DNA of 64,000 nt, from contig CAXXKA010000008.1 in assembly GCA_963668625.2 (NCBI GenBank), forward strand, positions 1,184,001 through 1,248,000, given 5' to 3'. Below the pieces are notes generated by a model. That model saw only the letters and a program-made list of their open reading frames with translations, ran no database searches and was not told where the DNA came from. Positions 19,394 through 28,091 of this stretch are shown in pieces. The first letter of the stretch is position 1, and every line of letters starts with the position of its first letter. The DNA is from an uncultured candidate division Zixibacteria bacterium (GTDB taxonomy: Bacteria > Zixibacteria > MSB-5A5 > UBA10806 > 4484-95). The translations under genes and the position numbers were made by a program.

Positions 19394-20779
19394 TTACCGG
19401 TTATCATTTTTAAATACTTTATCAATGAGGAATATAGCAAGTGATACGATCAGGCCGGGATATATCGGATCGAGGCCGAGGAAATAGTCGATTTCCCAGA
19501 ATGTGTTGGGTATAATCCAGGCCAGGGCTGCAAAAGGTGAAATTATCATGGATAAAACGGCTGCCTTACCACTCATGTGATACCTGCTGGAGAAAGATGT
19601 CCCCAGTGGTATCAGCAATGCCGAGGTTCCCAGCGTACCGAATATATACCAGATATCGATAACCGATCTGAAATACAGGGCGATTATCACTGCCAGTGCA
19701 CCCGATACGATCAAACCGATTCGGCTGTAAAAAGTTATATCACCGCCCCTTAATCGCCAGATAATATCTTTTCCCAGAGTTGCGCCGGCAACGAAAGTAT
19801 ATGAATCGACAGTCGACATTACGGTGGCGAATAAGCTAAGCAGAAATATAGCTTGGAATGCTCTGGGCAGAACCACTACCGCCAGCGTCGGGTATGCCGC
19901 CAGGGGATCGGCCAGCTCGGGAAGTATAGCACGGGCGTATAGGCCGGTTGAGGTGGTCAGAAAATCGAACACGGCCCAGAAAGCAATGGCGATAAATATG
20001 CCGTTGCGAGCGGTACTTTCGGTTTTAGCCGCGAAACATCTCTGGTAAAACGATGGCTCGATCAGGGTTGCCAGGGCGATGAAATACCACACGAAAATGT
20101 AAGAGGCAGGATTCTCTCCCCGCCAGGTGAAATGCGTGGCGGGTATTTTGTCGGCCAGGAAAGACAGGCCCCCGTAATTGGTATACAGGGTAATCACGAT
20201 AACCGCAAATCCGGCGAACATCAGGATGAACTGCGCCTTATCGGTTAGAACATCCCCGCGCAGACCGCCGGAGAAAATATAAATGATAGAGAAAATGGTT
20301 CCGCCTATAACGCCGTAGACAAGCGGTATACCGAAAGCGGTATCGGCCAGCACGCCTATTTGAAGAACATAAGCGGCGGGTACGGTGGTTATGAATACGA
20401 AAGCCGCGCCGATCATCGAGGCGGCGCGGCCATAGGTTTTGTCCAATTGGTCGGGAATCGTGTGAATCATACTGCGGCGAGCTCTTTTGGCTAACAGGAC
20501 GGCGAACAAGAACGCGGCCAGATAGTAAGGCAATCCGAACACCAACCAGTTCGATAGCCCGAATTTGTACGAGTACTCACCGACACCGAGAATGCCGCCG
20601 TACCAGGTGGATACCATGCTGGCAACGAACGCCGGCAGCGATAACCGCCTGCCCATAACCAGGTATTCATCGGCATCGACTTTGCCTCGGCGGAAATAAC
20701 GCAAACCTGCCAGCAGCAAAAATGCCAGGTAAACAGCCACCAGGATAGCGCTTTCTATGCCGTACAAGCCGCCACTCAA
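19394..20779 (-). CDS. Sodium:solute symporter, probably for thiamine or a precursor
   Basis: YLVMGRRL, STWYGGILG, GGLRG..TD..QF, P.FYQRCFAA, VMSTVDS; directly downstream of the TPP-regulated TonB receptor. Confidence 0.85.
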   Translation of the reverse strand: MSGGLYGIESAILVAVYLAFLLLAGLRYFRRGKVDADEYLVMGRRLSLPAFVASMVSTWYGGILGVGEYSYKFGLSNWLVFGLPYYLAAFLFAVLLAKRARRSMIHTIPDQLDKTYGRAASMIGAAFVFITTVPAAYVLQIGVLADTAFGIPLVYGVIGGTIFSIIYIFSGGLRGDVLTDKAQFILMFAGFAVIVITLYTNYGGLSFLADKIPATHFTWRGENPASYIFVWYFIALATLIEPSFYQRCFAAKTESTARNGIFIAIAFWAVFDFLTTSTGLYARAILPELADPLAAYPTLAVVVLPRAFQAIFLLSLFATVMSTVDSYTFVAGATLGKDIIWRLRGGDITFYSRIGLIVSGALAVIIALYFRSVIDIWYIFGTLGTSALLIPLGTSFSSRYHMSGKAAVLSMIISPFAALAWIIPNTFWEIDYFLGLDPIYPGLIVSLAIFLIDKVFKNDNR

Positions 20780-20780
20780 A

Positions 20781-23309
20781 TTAAAACTCGGTTGCTAGCG
20801 ATACGAACATGTTTCGCTCTGCGCCAACCATGAATCTGGGTTGATTATCATTCCAGTCTACGTACCCCGACTGCTCATATTCGGTATCGAGCAGGTTGTT
20901 TATTCTAAGTGTTACGATAAGCGAGTTGAATCCCACGAACCTGCCGAAATCGTAAGACAGGTCGGCATCGAGGATATGAAATGAATCAAGCTCGTTTTCC
21001 TCTGCGTTATCCAAAAACTGCTTACCTACAAACCGTCCGCCGATACCGGCTGCTAGCTTATCGAAATGGTAGCTTGCTCTGTAATTCGCCATCATCTCAG
21101 GGAATCCGCCGATTCTGTAGCCCGATAGATCGACAGGGACATATCCGGTGTCTGTCCAGACATATTCGGTATAATTGACGAAATGATCATCGTTGATACT
21201 GACATTACCACCAATACTAACCTTTTCTAATATGTTAGATTGCAATGTCAATTCAATTCCCTGGTGAACGGTTTTATCTGCATTACCGGCTATTGCCAGG
21301 TTCATGTCATCTATGGTACCGCCGTATGGTACGATCTCATCCTTAATGGGCATATAATACAAATTCAAGTCGCCCCGCAAACGGAAATTATTAAATGAGT
21401 GTTTGAAATCGGCGCCAAACTCCAGATCAGTGAGTTTTTCAGGTACGAGCACATCACCGGTGTATTCGTATTCGCTGCCGTTTTGACTGAAATTTACCGG
21501 ACGATAAACCGGGTTAGACCAGAAATCCTGCGGATCGTAGATATATTGAAACGCAGGCTGTCTCTGGGCCATGGAGGCGTTGAAAAAGACGTGTACATTA
21601 TCGTTGAATTTATAAATCGCTCCGGCACGCGGTGAGAAGAAATCATACTTTTTATCGAAAGTAACGTTATAGCGTTTATCGCTCTCGAGCTTGTAGTTGT
21701 GACTCTGATACTGGATATTGGCCATGATCGTTAGGTTGTCAAGAATCCGATACGATTCGGCCGAGTATATAGTGAACGTGTTGCTTTTAGCCATGTAGTC
21801 GTGTATGTGATGGTTGGGCTCGTAACCGTTGGGATAAACATCCGCCCAGATAACCTCCGACCAGTGATGACCGCCGTGTATTCTCATCTCGCCGCCGATT
21901 GTCAGCTTGCCTTTGTCGTGCTCGATAATCATCCGGGGGATCCAGCCCCAGTCATGTTCTTTCACCCACGGCTTACGTACTAAATCCACCGATGTTTGCG
22001 AAAGCGCGTAATAACCGTTGCTGTCGGCTACGGGATTACCTGCCGAATCGAGACTGGCATAGAATTCGACGGGAAAGGTCGAATCCGAGTAGGTGTACAT
22101 GTTCCAGGTATCGAAATCGTAAAACGCGCCCAGATCATACTCGGCCAAATCCTCATCCTCTCGGAACTGGTTGTAATAACCCTCACCGTGGAAATAATAC
22201 AACGTGTTCGATATTGTCATATTATCATTTAACTGCCAGTCGTGGAAGAACTCGTAATGCGGTTGATTGAAATTATCGATCTCATCCTCATACTCGAGCT
22301 CGTTGTATTTCCTGTTCGTTGAAAGCTGATCTTGAGCTATGCCTTTATATGCCAGGTGAAGTTTCTCCGGGCCGCCATAGGTGTTGAATTTCCAGGTCAT
22401 GTTCTTATCGTAGCGGGCTATACCGAAGAAATACGAATACGTATCGAGCCATGAATTATCGCGATAGCCATCTGATTTGATTTTGGAGAACCGGCCGTAA
22501 AAAACGTACGAGTCTTTAATCAGCCCGGAGTTACCCGAGATCGATAACTTGCTGGTGTTATAGCTCCCGTAACCCGTTTCGACTTTCAATGCCGGCATCG
22601 CCGAGAAATCGTTGGTGATCAGGTTAACGGTTCCACCCAGCGCCGATTGCCCATATAATGAGGTGCCAACACCGCGCTGTATTTGAATATCCTGAACGTT
22701 GTTGGCAAAATCAGGCAAGTCAACCCAGTAGACCTCATGCGATTCCGCGCCGTTTAACGGTATGCCGTTTACCATCACCGAAACCCTGTTCTGATTGAAT
22801 CCGCGAAGTTTGAGATACGAATAGCCCAATCCGTTACCGGCATCGGAATAGGCGAAAATATTGGTGGCCGAACTTAACAGCATCGGCGTATCCTGCGCCC
22901 AGTAGTCGCGTTCTATCTGCTCGCGGCTGATATTGGTAAAGGCCGCCGGGGTTTCGCCTTTTTCGGCGCGAGTGGCAGTCACGATAACATCCTGACCCTG
23001 CAGCAGTACCGGGTTCAACCGTATCTGATGAATACCTTTGCTCAAGGCAGGCAGGGTTTCTTTGCTAACCGCATAGCTTAGATGAGTTATCACGATCTCT
23101 ACAGCTTTGTCCGGTATATCTGCCAGACGGAATATACCATCCAAATCAGATACCGCTGAGTTATCCTCGCCAATCAGTTTAACCAGCGCCCCCGGAACAG
23201 GTTGTCCCGATTCGCTATCGATTATCAGGCCTCTTAAATCAGCAGCCGTAATACTGCTTGAAAACGATAAAACAGCACATACAAAAAGTGAGAGTTTAAT
23301 GAAACGCAT
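20781..23309 (-). CDS. TonB-dependent outer membrane receptor, probably for thiamine
   Basis: Signal peptide, N-terminal carboxypeptidase-regulatory-like domain, VIVTATRA, plug (SDAGNGLGYSY..LRGF, QRGVGTS), C-terminal Phe. Start ATG 23309 after AAGGAG; TPP riboswitch upstream. Confidence 0.9.
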   Translation of the reverse strand: MRFIKLSLFVCAVLSFSSSITAADLRGLIIDSESGQPVPGALVKLIGEDNSAVSDLDGIFRLADIPDKAVEIVITHLSYAVSKETLPALSKGIHQIRLNPVLLQGQDVIVTATRAEKGETPAAFTNISREQIERDYWAQDTPMLLSSATNIFAYSDAGNGLGYSYLKLRGFNQNRVSVMVNGIPLNGAESHEVYWVDLPDFANNVQDIQIQRGVGTSLYGQSALGGTVNLITNDFSAMPALKVETGYGSYNTSKLSISGNSGLIKDSYVFYGRFSKIKSDGYRDNSWLDTYSYFFGIARYDKNMTWKFNTYGGPEKLHLAYKGIAQDQLSTNRKYNELEYEDEIDNFNQPHYEFFHDWQLNDNMTISNTLYYFHGEGYYNQFREDEDLAEYDLGAFYDFDTWNMYTYSDSTFPVEFYASLDSAGNPVADSNGYYALSQTSVDLVRKPWVKEHDWGWIPRMIIEHDKGKLTIGGEMRIHGGHHWSEVIWADVYPNGYEPNHHIHDYMAKSNTFTIYSAESYRILDNLTIMANIQYQSHNYKLESDKRYNVTFDKKYDFFSPRAGAIYKFNDNVHVFFNASMAQRQPAFQYIYDPQDFWSNPVYRPVNFSQNGSEYEYTGDVLVPEKLTDLEFGADFKHSFNNFRLRGDLNLYYMPIKDEIVPYGGTIDDMNLAIAGNADKTVHQGIELTLQSNILEKVSIGGNVSINDDHFVNYTEYVWTDTGYVPVDLSGYRIGGFPEMMANYRASYHFDKLAAGIGGRFVGKQFLDNAEENELDSFHILDADLSYDFGRFVGFNSLIVTLRINNLLDTEYEQSGYVDWNDNQPRFMVGAERNMFVSLATEF

Positions 23310-23342
23310 TGAATAGCTCCTTTCTTGGAGCCGGCGGGGAAA

Positions 23343-23371
23343 CAAAAAAAATACCTCCAACGGGGTGGAGG
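23343..23371 (-). terminator. Riboswitch expression-platform terminator
   Basis: Minus strand CCTCCA-CCCCGT-TGGAGG followed by TATTTTTTTT, between the aptamer and the RBS. Confidence 0.85.
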
Positions 23372-23377
23372 CTAAGA

Positions 23378-23458
23378 TACGTTCCCTACGCTGGCATTAC
23401 CCAGATCAGGTACAAGGGTATCATCTCAGGTCGTCACCATGACGGCCACCCCTACTGA
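23378..23458 (-). ncRNA. TPP (THI-box) riboswitch
   Basis: Minus strand reads AGGGGTG...CTGAGATGATACCCTTGTACCTGATCTGGGTAATGCCAGCGTAGGGAA, the conserved THI-box core. Confidence 0.96.
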
Positions 23459-24101
23459 CATTATTTACTTAACCCGAACATAATAATGTGTTGGATGGTT
23501 TCGAGCAAGTTAATTTTGTTTAGAAAAAATAATTTCTTAAATGGATGTTTTACTGTACTTAATAGACTCTTAATAATATGCTTACTCATTCAGAATTTCA
23601 CGATATACGCATCGAGCTGTACGTAGAATTAGGTATACTTAAGTCGTATTGCCAAAAAAATAAATCGCTTTTATGTTATTATCGCATTTGGCCACATTGA
23701 TATCTGATAGAATTCTTGAAAAGCGGGGGAATAATTTAGGCGAGAAGTTCATTGGTCATGAGCTTGTTGGAAAAGCTAATGCTAAGGAGTGTGTCAATAT
23801 AATGAAAACAATCTGACATTAATAATATGCCGTGATTGTTTTTTATTAAAACCTTTATTAAAGAGACCTTTTTAGTTTTAGTCAACAAGCTAGATGAACG
23901 AAGCTTCGCCTGTACTTCATGAGGAAGTATGAGGGGAGGGAGCTTAGAACCCCATCGACCATCCTATTTTATAGCTCCTCTTTAGGTGCTCATATAACTC
24001 ATGATGTTTGCAGGCCACTTGAAGGAGGTGGTATAGAACAAACAATATTTCCATTGATGCAAACAGGATGTTATTTTTAACATGATGTAAAAGGAGGAAT
24101 A

Positions 24102-27100
24102 ATGATGCGTAGATACGCAACTTTAACCGCTATAGTTGTTATCTGTGCTGTAACATTAGGTTTTGCCGCTCCGAACTGGGTCTCGATTAACGGCCCGATT
24201 CATCAACCTGAAGTAACCGTTCTCAAAGCAACTGAGTCGGAGACAATTTTGGAATGCAATATCGCTGGTTTTTACAGTGATGATGTTTTTGCTAACGGGG
24301 AGACATTCCAGGATTTGAGTTTTCCGGGTTATTACACAACTCTCGAAATAGGTAAACCTCAATTACCGGTTATCACTGAGATTGTAGCCATTCCCGCCGG
24401 CGCGAAAGTTCGTGTCGATGTCGAAGTATTCGACTCGAAAGTGATTAGTGGCTATAATGTCATGCCTTACCAGACTCCTGTTCTGGAAAATCAGGTGTCT
24501 GCAACTTTCGATAAAGACGCGAAAGCATATCTTCTGGATGATTTATACCCCGCGAAAATCGCTGAGGTAAACGGCCAGGGTGATTGGCGTTCGCTGAAAG
24601 TAGCTACCCTGAAAGTATATCCGGTGCAGTATAACGCAGTTAAAGATGAACTGGTCATACATTCCAATATCAAGGTTACACTTACTTATTCGGGCAGCAC
24701 CGACGGTTATAATACCGGCCGGTCAATTCCGGAATCGTATGATCGGATTTTCAGCAATACGGTGATAAACTATGACCGGCTAAACCTGCCGGTCAGGCAG
24801 TTCGGTTCCGTGCGCACCGAGGCCTACGATCTGCTGATTATTGCCGCCGATGCTTACGTGGCTGGACTAGGCAGTTTCGTGACCTACAAGGAGGCTGCCG
24901 GTTATTCGACTACGCTGGTTCCCGTTTCGACTGTCGGTTATACCGTAACCGATATTAAAAACTATATACAGGATGAATACGACAACAACGATATCTCGTA
25001 TGTCCTGCTTGTCGGTAATGAAAATGATATCCCCGGTTATACCGGATATAGCTCATTCAGCGATTATTACTACACGCTGCTTGATGGCGGCGATGATTTC
25101 GCGGATATCGGTATCGGCAGGTTCTGTATTCACAATTCCACCGAGTTGGGTTGGATGCTCGAAAAGAGCGTTGCCTATGAAAGCGATCCCCCGACCGGTG
25201 ATTGGCTGGATAACGCCTTGCTGGTGGCCAACGCCCAAAACGCGCCGTATAAATATCAGCAGTGCAAGGAGCGAATCCGTACTGCCGAGGAGACGCCGTC
25301 GGGAACTTACAGTGTGCTCTATCCCGAGTTCACGACCGCCTATGGCGCCGATTCGGCTTACGGCGGCGATAACGCCACTAACGCTGATGTGATTGAATAT
25401 ATCAATGAAGGCATGAGAGTGGTTAACTATCGCGGCCATGGCAGTTATACCGCCTGGTCGAGCTGGAATTATCTGGGCCAGAGTTTCGGCCCGAGCCAGA
25501 TTGACTCGCTCGATAACGGCGCGATGACTCCAATCTTGTTCAGTATAGCCTGCTACAACAACAATATCCAATACGGATCATACTGCCTGGGTGAGTATTT
25601 CACCTTGACCGAGGATGCCGCAGTGGCCGTTTTGAGCGCCAGCAGGCCGTCCTATACCGTTGCCAACCATACCTACGACAAGAAATTGTTCTCGGCTATT
25701 TTCGATGAGGGTATCAACGCAACGAGTGACGCCTCGAATGCCGCGGCGGCCTTGATTATTACCCAGCACGGGAGTATCGGGCTGGCTAATGCTCGTATGT
25801 ATATCTGGCTGGGCGATCCTACGCTACAGGTTATATATGAGGAGCCGGAGCCGGTAGTTCGTCACGTACCAGCCCAATACGGCACGATACAGGCTGCTAT
25901 AAATGCCTGTAACGATCTGGATACGGTAATGGTCGCTTCCGGTACGTACAATGAGGCTATCGATTTCCTCGGCAAAAATATAGTTGTCACCAGCTCTGGC
26001 GGCGCGGATGTTACGACGATTCATGGCGTATACCGCAGTCGTCCGGTGGTATACTTCCAATCAGGTGAACCTAAAGGCGCCGAGCTTTCCGGATTTACCA
26101 TCACATTCGGTCAGAAATCCGGAATTTACATTTATCGCTCATCACCGACTGTTAAAGACTGTATCATTACAGGAAACTACAGTCAAGATTCGAGATCCGG
26201 CGGCGGTATCAGCCTGATCGGCACGGTCGGCGCGGTAATTCGTGATAATATTATCTTGGAGAACCACGCTTACGAGTACGGCGCCGGTATGTATCTGGAA
26301 CGTTGTAACAGCGATACTATCGCTTATAACGTCATTTACAAAAACTGGGGCAATACCGAGGTAAGATGTATTGCCAGTAATTCACTGTTCCATAACAACA
26401 TCATTATCGCTACGGAGGCATTGAATCATTGTATTACCTCTCAGGAGCACGGTGATATCGTGCTCAAGAGTAATATCTTGATGAAAGGCAGTAGATGCGC
26501 CGTGTATGCTTTTGATGGTGGTACGGCTGCTATCTACTACAACTGCTTCTACTCTAACCGGGAAAACTGGTGCGGTGATATTATTGTTGGACATGGTAAT
26601 TTCGATCGTAATCCTCTCTTGACCAAGGATTGGAGAACTCCTCCCGAATCACCGTGTCTCGATGCCGGTTGGCCGGGTTTGATGGAGCCCAGAAGGTACT
26701 GGCCCGATCCCGACGGCACCCGCAACGATATAGGCGTATTCCCGGTATATCAGGTGGATGTTAGTAACGGACCGGTTTATTACAGTATTCAGAGGGCCGT
26801 TAACGCTGTCGAGGATGGTGATTTCGTACTTGTTCATCCCGGCGCGTATCATCCCGTTAACTTCATAGGTAAACGGATAGTGGTAACCTCCTCAGAGGGC
26901 CCCGAGAGAACCTCGATAGTTGGCGCAATGGCGGAGGCACCGTGTGTCTACATGCAATCAGGTGAGCCCAAAGGCGCTGAGCTTTCAGGTTTCACGGTTC
27001 GGGGAGGCGGTCGAGGAGCAATTTATTGCTATCGCTCGTCCCCCACTATTCTCGATAACATTATAAAGGAAAACACCAGTAGTGAGCTTTATAGAGGCGC

Positions 27101-27950
27101 CGGCGTTAATCTAATCCACACCTCTGCGGCCGTGGTGAAAGGCAACACTTTCACTCACAATGTTCACGAAGGATATGGCGCCGATATCGTAGCACAGTAT
27201 GCCAGAAACGACACTATCTGCTATAACCTGTTCGAGAGTTCTTACGGTAGAGGTACTATCTATATCGAAAACAGTGAGATGGCTCTCTACAACAATACTC
27301 TGGATGGTATACAGACCGATGGACATGGAATCTGCGCTATGGTCAGGGGCTATCTGGATTGTCGCAACAATATCATTGTTAATTTCCCGACATATGGTTT
27401 CTATGCGGGAGGTGATGCCCGGATTACCGCCGACTACAATGATGTTTACAGGTACGGTTTAAGACCCTATGCCGGTAATGTCGATTGGGGTCGTAACAAT
27501 ATAGAGGCCGATCCGATATTCGTAGACTACTACAGGCTCGATCTCAGATCCCCCTGTGTTGACAGAGGTGATCCTGATCCGTTCTTCAACGATCCGGATA
27601 ATACCCGCAACGATATGGGCTGGAAAGCTCTTAGTATGTTGCTGGCCAGAGGCTCTGTCGAGATAGATGAGAATCCGGCAATACCTTCCGATTTCGCTCT
27701 CAAGCAGAACTACCCTAATCCGTTCAACGCCACGGCTATCATCGAATATGCATTGCCCGAGGCATCCCAGGTAACCGTTAAAGTATACGATATTCTGGGA
27801 CGCATGGTAACAACGCTCGTCGATGGTTACGAACCCGCCGGTTACTATCAGGTGAAATGGAATGCCGAGGGAGTACCCTCAGGTACATATTTCTACCGGA
27901 TACAGGCGCAGGATTTCTCCGATTCCAAAAAGATGTTACTCCTTAAGTAA
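24102..27950 (+). CDS. Gingipain-like C25 cysteine peptidase with propeptide, two beta-helix modules and a C-terminal sorting domain
   Basis: Propeptide (GKPQLP, YPVQYN), YVLLVG, SDYYY, IGRF, catalytic NYRGHG and SIAC, LGDP; two parallel beta-helix modules; QNYPNPFNA...KKMLLLK. Confidence 0.9.
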   Translation: MMRRYATLTAIVVICAVTLGFAAPNWVSINGPIHQPEVTVLKATESETILECNIAGFYSDDVFANGETFQDLSFPGYYTTLEIGKPQLPVITEIVAIPAGAKVRVDVEVFDSKVISGYNVMPYQTPVLENQVSATFDKDAKAYLLDDLYPAKIAEVNGQGDWRSLKVATLKVYPVQYNAVKDELVIHSNIKVTLTYSGSTDGYNTGRSIPESYDRIFSNTVINYDRLNLPVRQFGSVRTEAYDLLIIAADAYVAGLGSFVTYKEAAGYSTTLVPVSTVGYTVTDIKNYIQDEYDNNDISYVLLVGNENDIPGYTGYSSFSDYYYTLLDGGDDFADIGIGRFCIHNSTELGWMLEKSVAYESDPPTGDWLDNALLVANAQNAPYKYQQCKERIRTAEETPSGTYSVLYPEFTTAYGADSAYGGDNATNADVIEYINEGMRVVNYRGHGSYTAWSSWNYLGQSFGPSQIDSLDNGAMTPILFSIACYNNNIQYGSYCLGEYFTLTEDAAVAVLSASRPSYTVANHTYDKKLFSAIFDEGINATSDASNAAAALIITQHGSIGLANARMYIWLGDPTLQVIYEEPEPVVRHVPAQYGTIQAAINACNDLDTVMVASGTYNEAIDFLGKNIVVTSSGGADVTTIHGVYRSRPVVYFQSGEPKGAELSGFTITFGQKSGIYIYRSSPTVKDCIITGNYSQDSRSGGGISLIGTVGAVIRDNIILENHAYEYGAGMYLERCNSDTIAYNVIYKNWGNTEVRCIASNSLFHNNIIIATEALNHCITSQEHGDIVLKSNILMKGSRCAVYAFDGGTAAIYYNCFYSNRENWCGDIIVGHGNFDRNPLLTKDWRTPPESPCLDAGWPGLMEPRRYWPDPDGTRNDIGVFPVYQVDVSNGPVYYSIQRAVNAVEDGDFVLVHPGAYHPVNFIGKRIVVTSSEGPERTSIVGAMAEAPCVYMQSGEPKGAELSGFTVRGGGRGAIYCYRSSPTILDNIIKENTSSELYRGAGVNLIHTSAAVVKGNTFTHNVHEGYGADIVAQYARNDTICYNLFESSYGRGTIYIENSEMALYNNTLDGIQTDGHGICAMVRGYLDCRNNIIVNFPTYGFYAGGDARITADYNDVYRYGLRPYAGNVDWGRNNIEADPIFVDYYRLDLRSPCVDRGDPDPFFNDPDNTRNDMGWKALSMLLARGSVEIDENPAIPSDFALKQNYPNPFNATAIIEYALPEASQVTVKVYDILGRMVTTLVDGYEPAGYYQVKWNAEGVPSGTYFYRIQAQDFSDSKKMLLLK

Positions 27951-27965
27951 CACACGATAACGATT

Positions 27966-27996
27966 ATCCGGTAAGCCGTATTGCGGCTTACCGGAT
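27966..27996 (+). terminator. Strong hairpin (terminator or processing site) after the C25 peptidase gene
   Basis: ATCCGGTAAGCCG-TATTG-CGGCTTACCGGAT; weak T-tail. Confidence 0.6.
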
Positions 27997-28091
27997 TCTC
28001 AGCATGGTAGTAGCATACTATCAGGGCATATTTTTCGGAAAAGAAAACGAAAGACTTTAAAAATTGTACTTTAATGAAAGTTGGAGGACTT

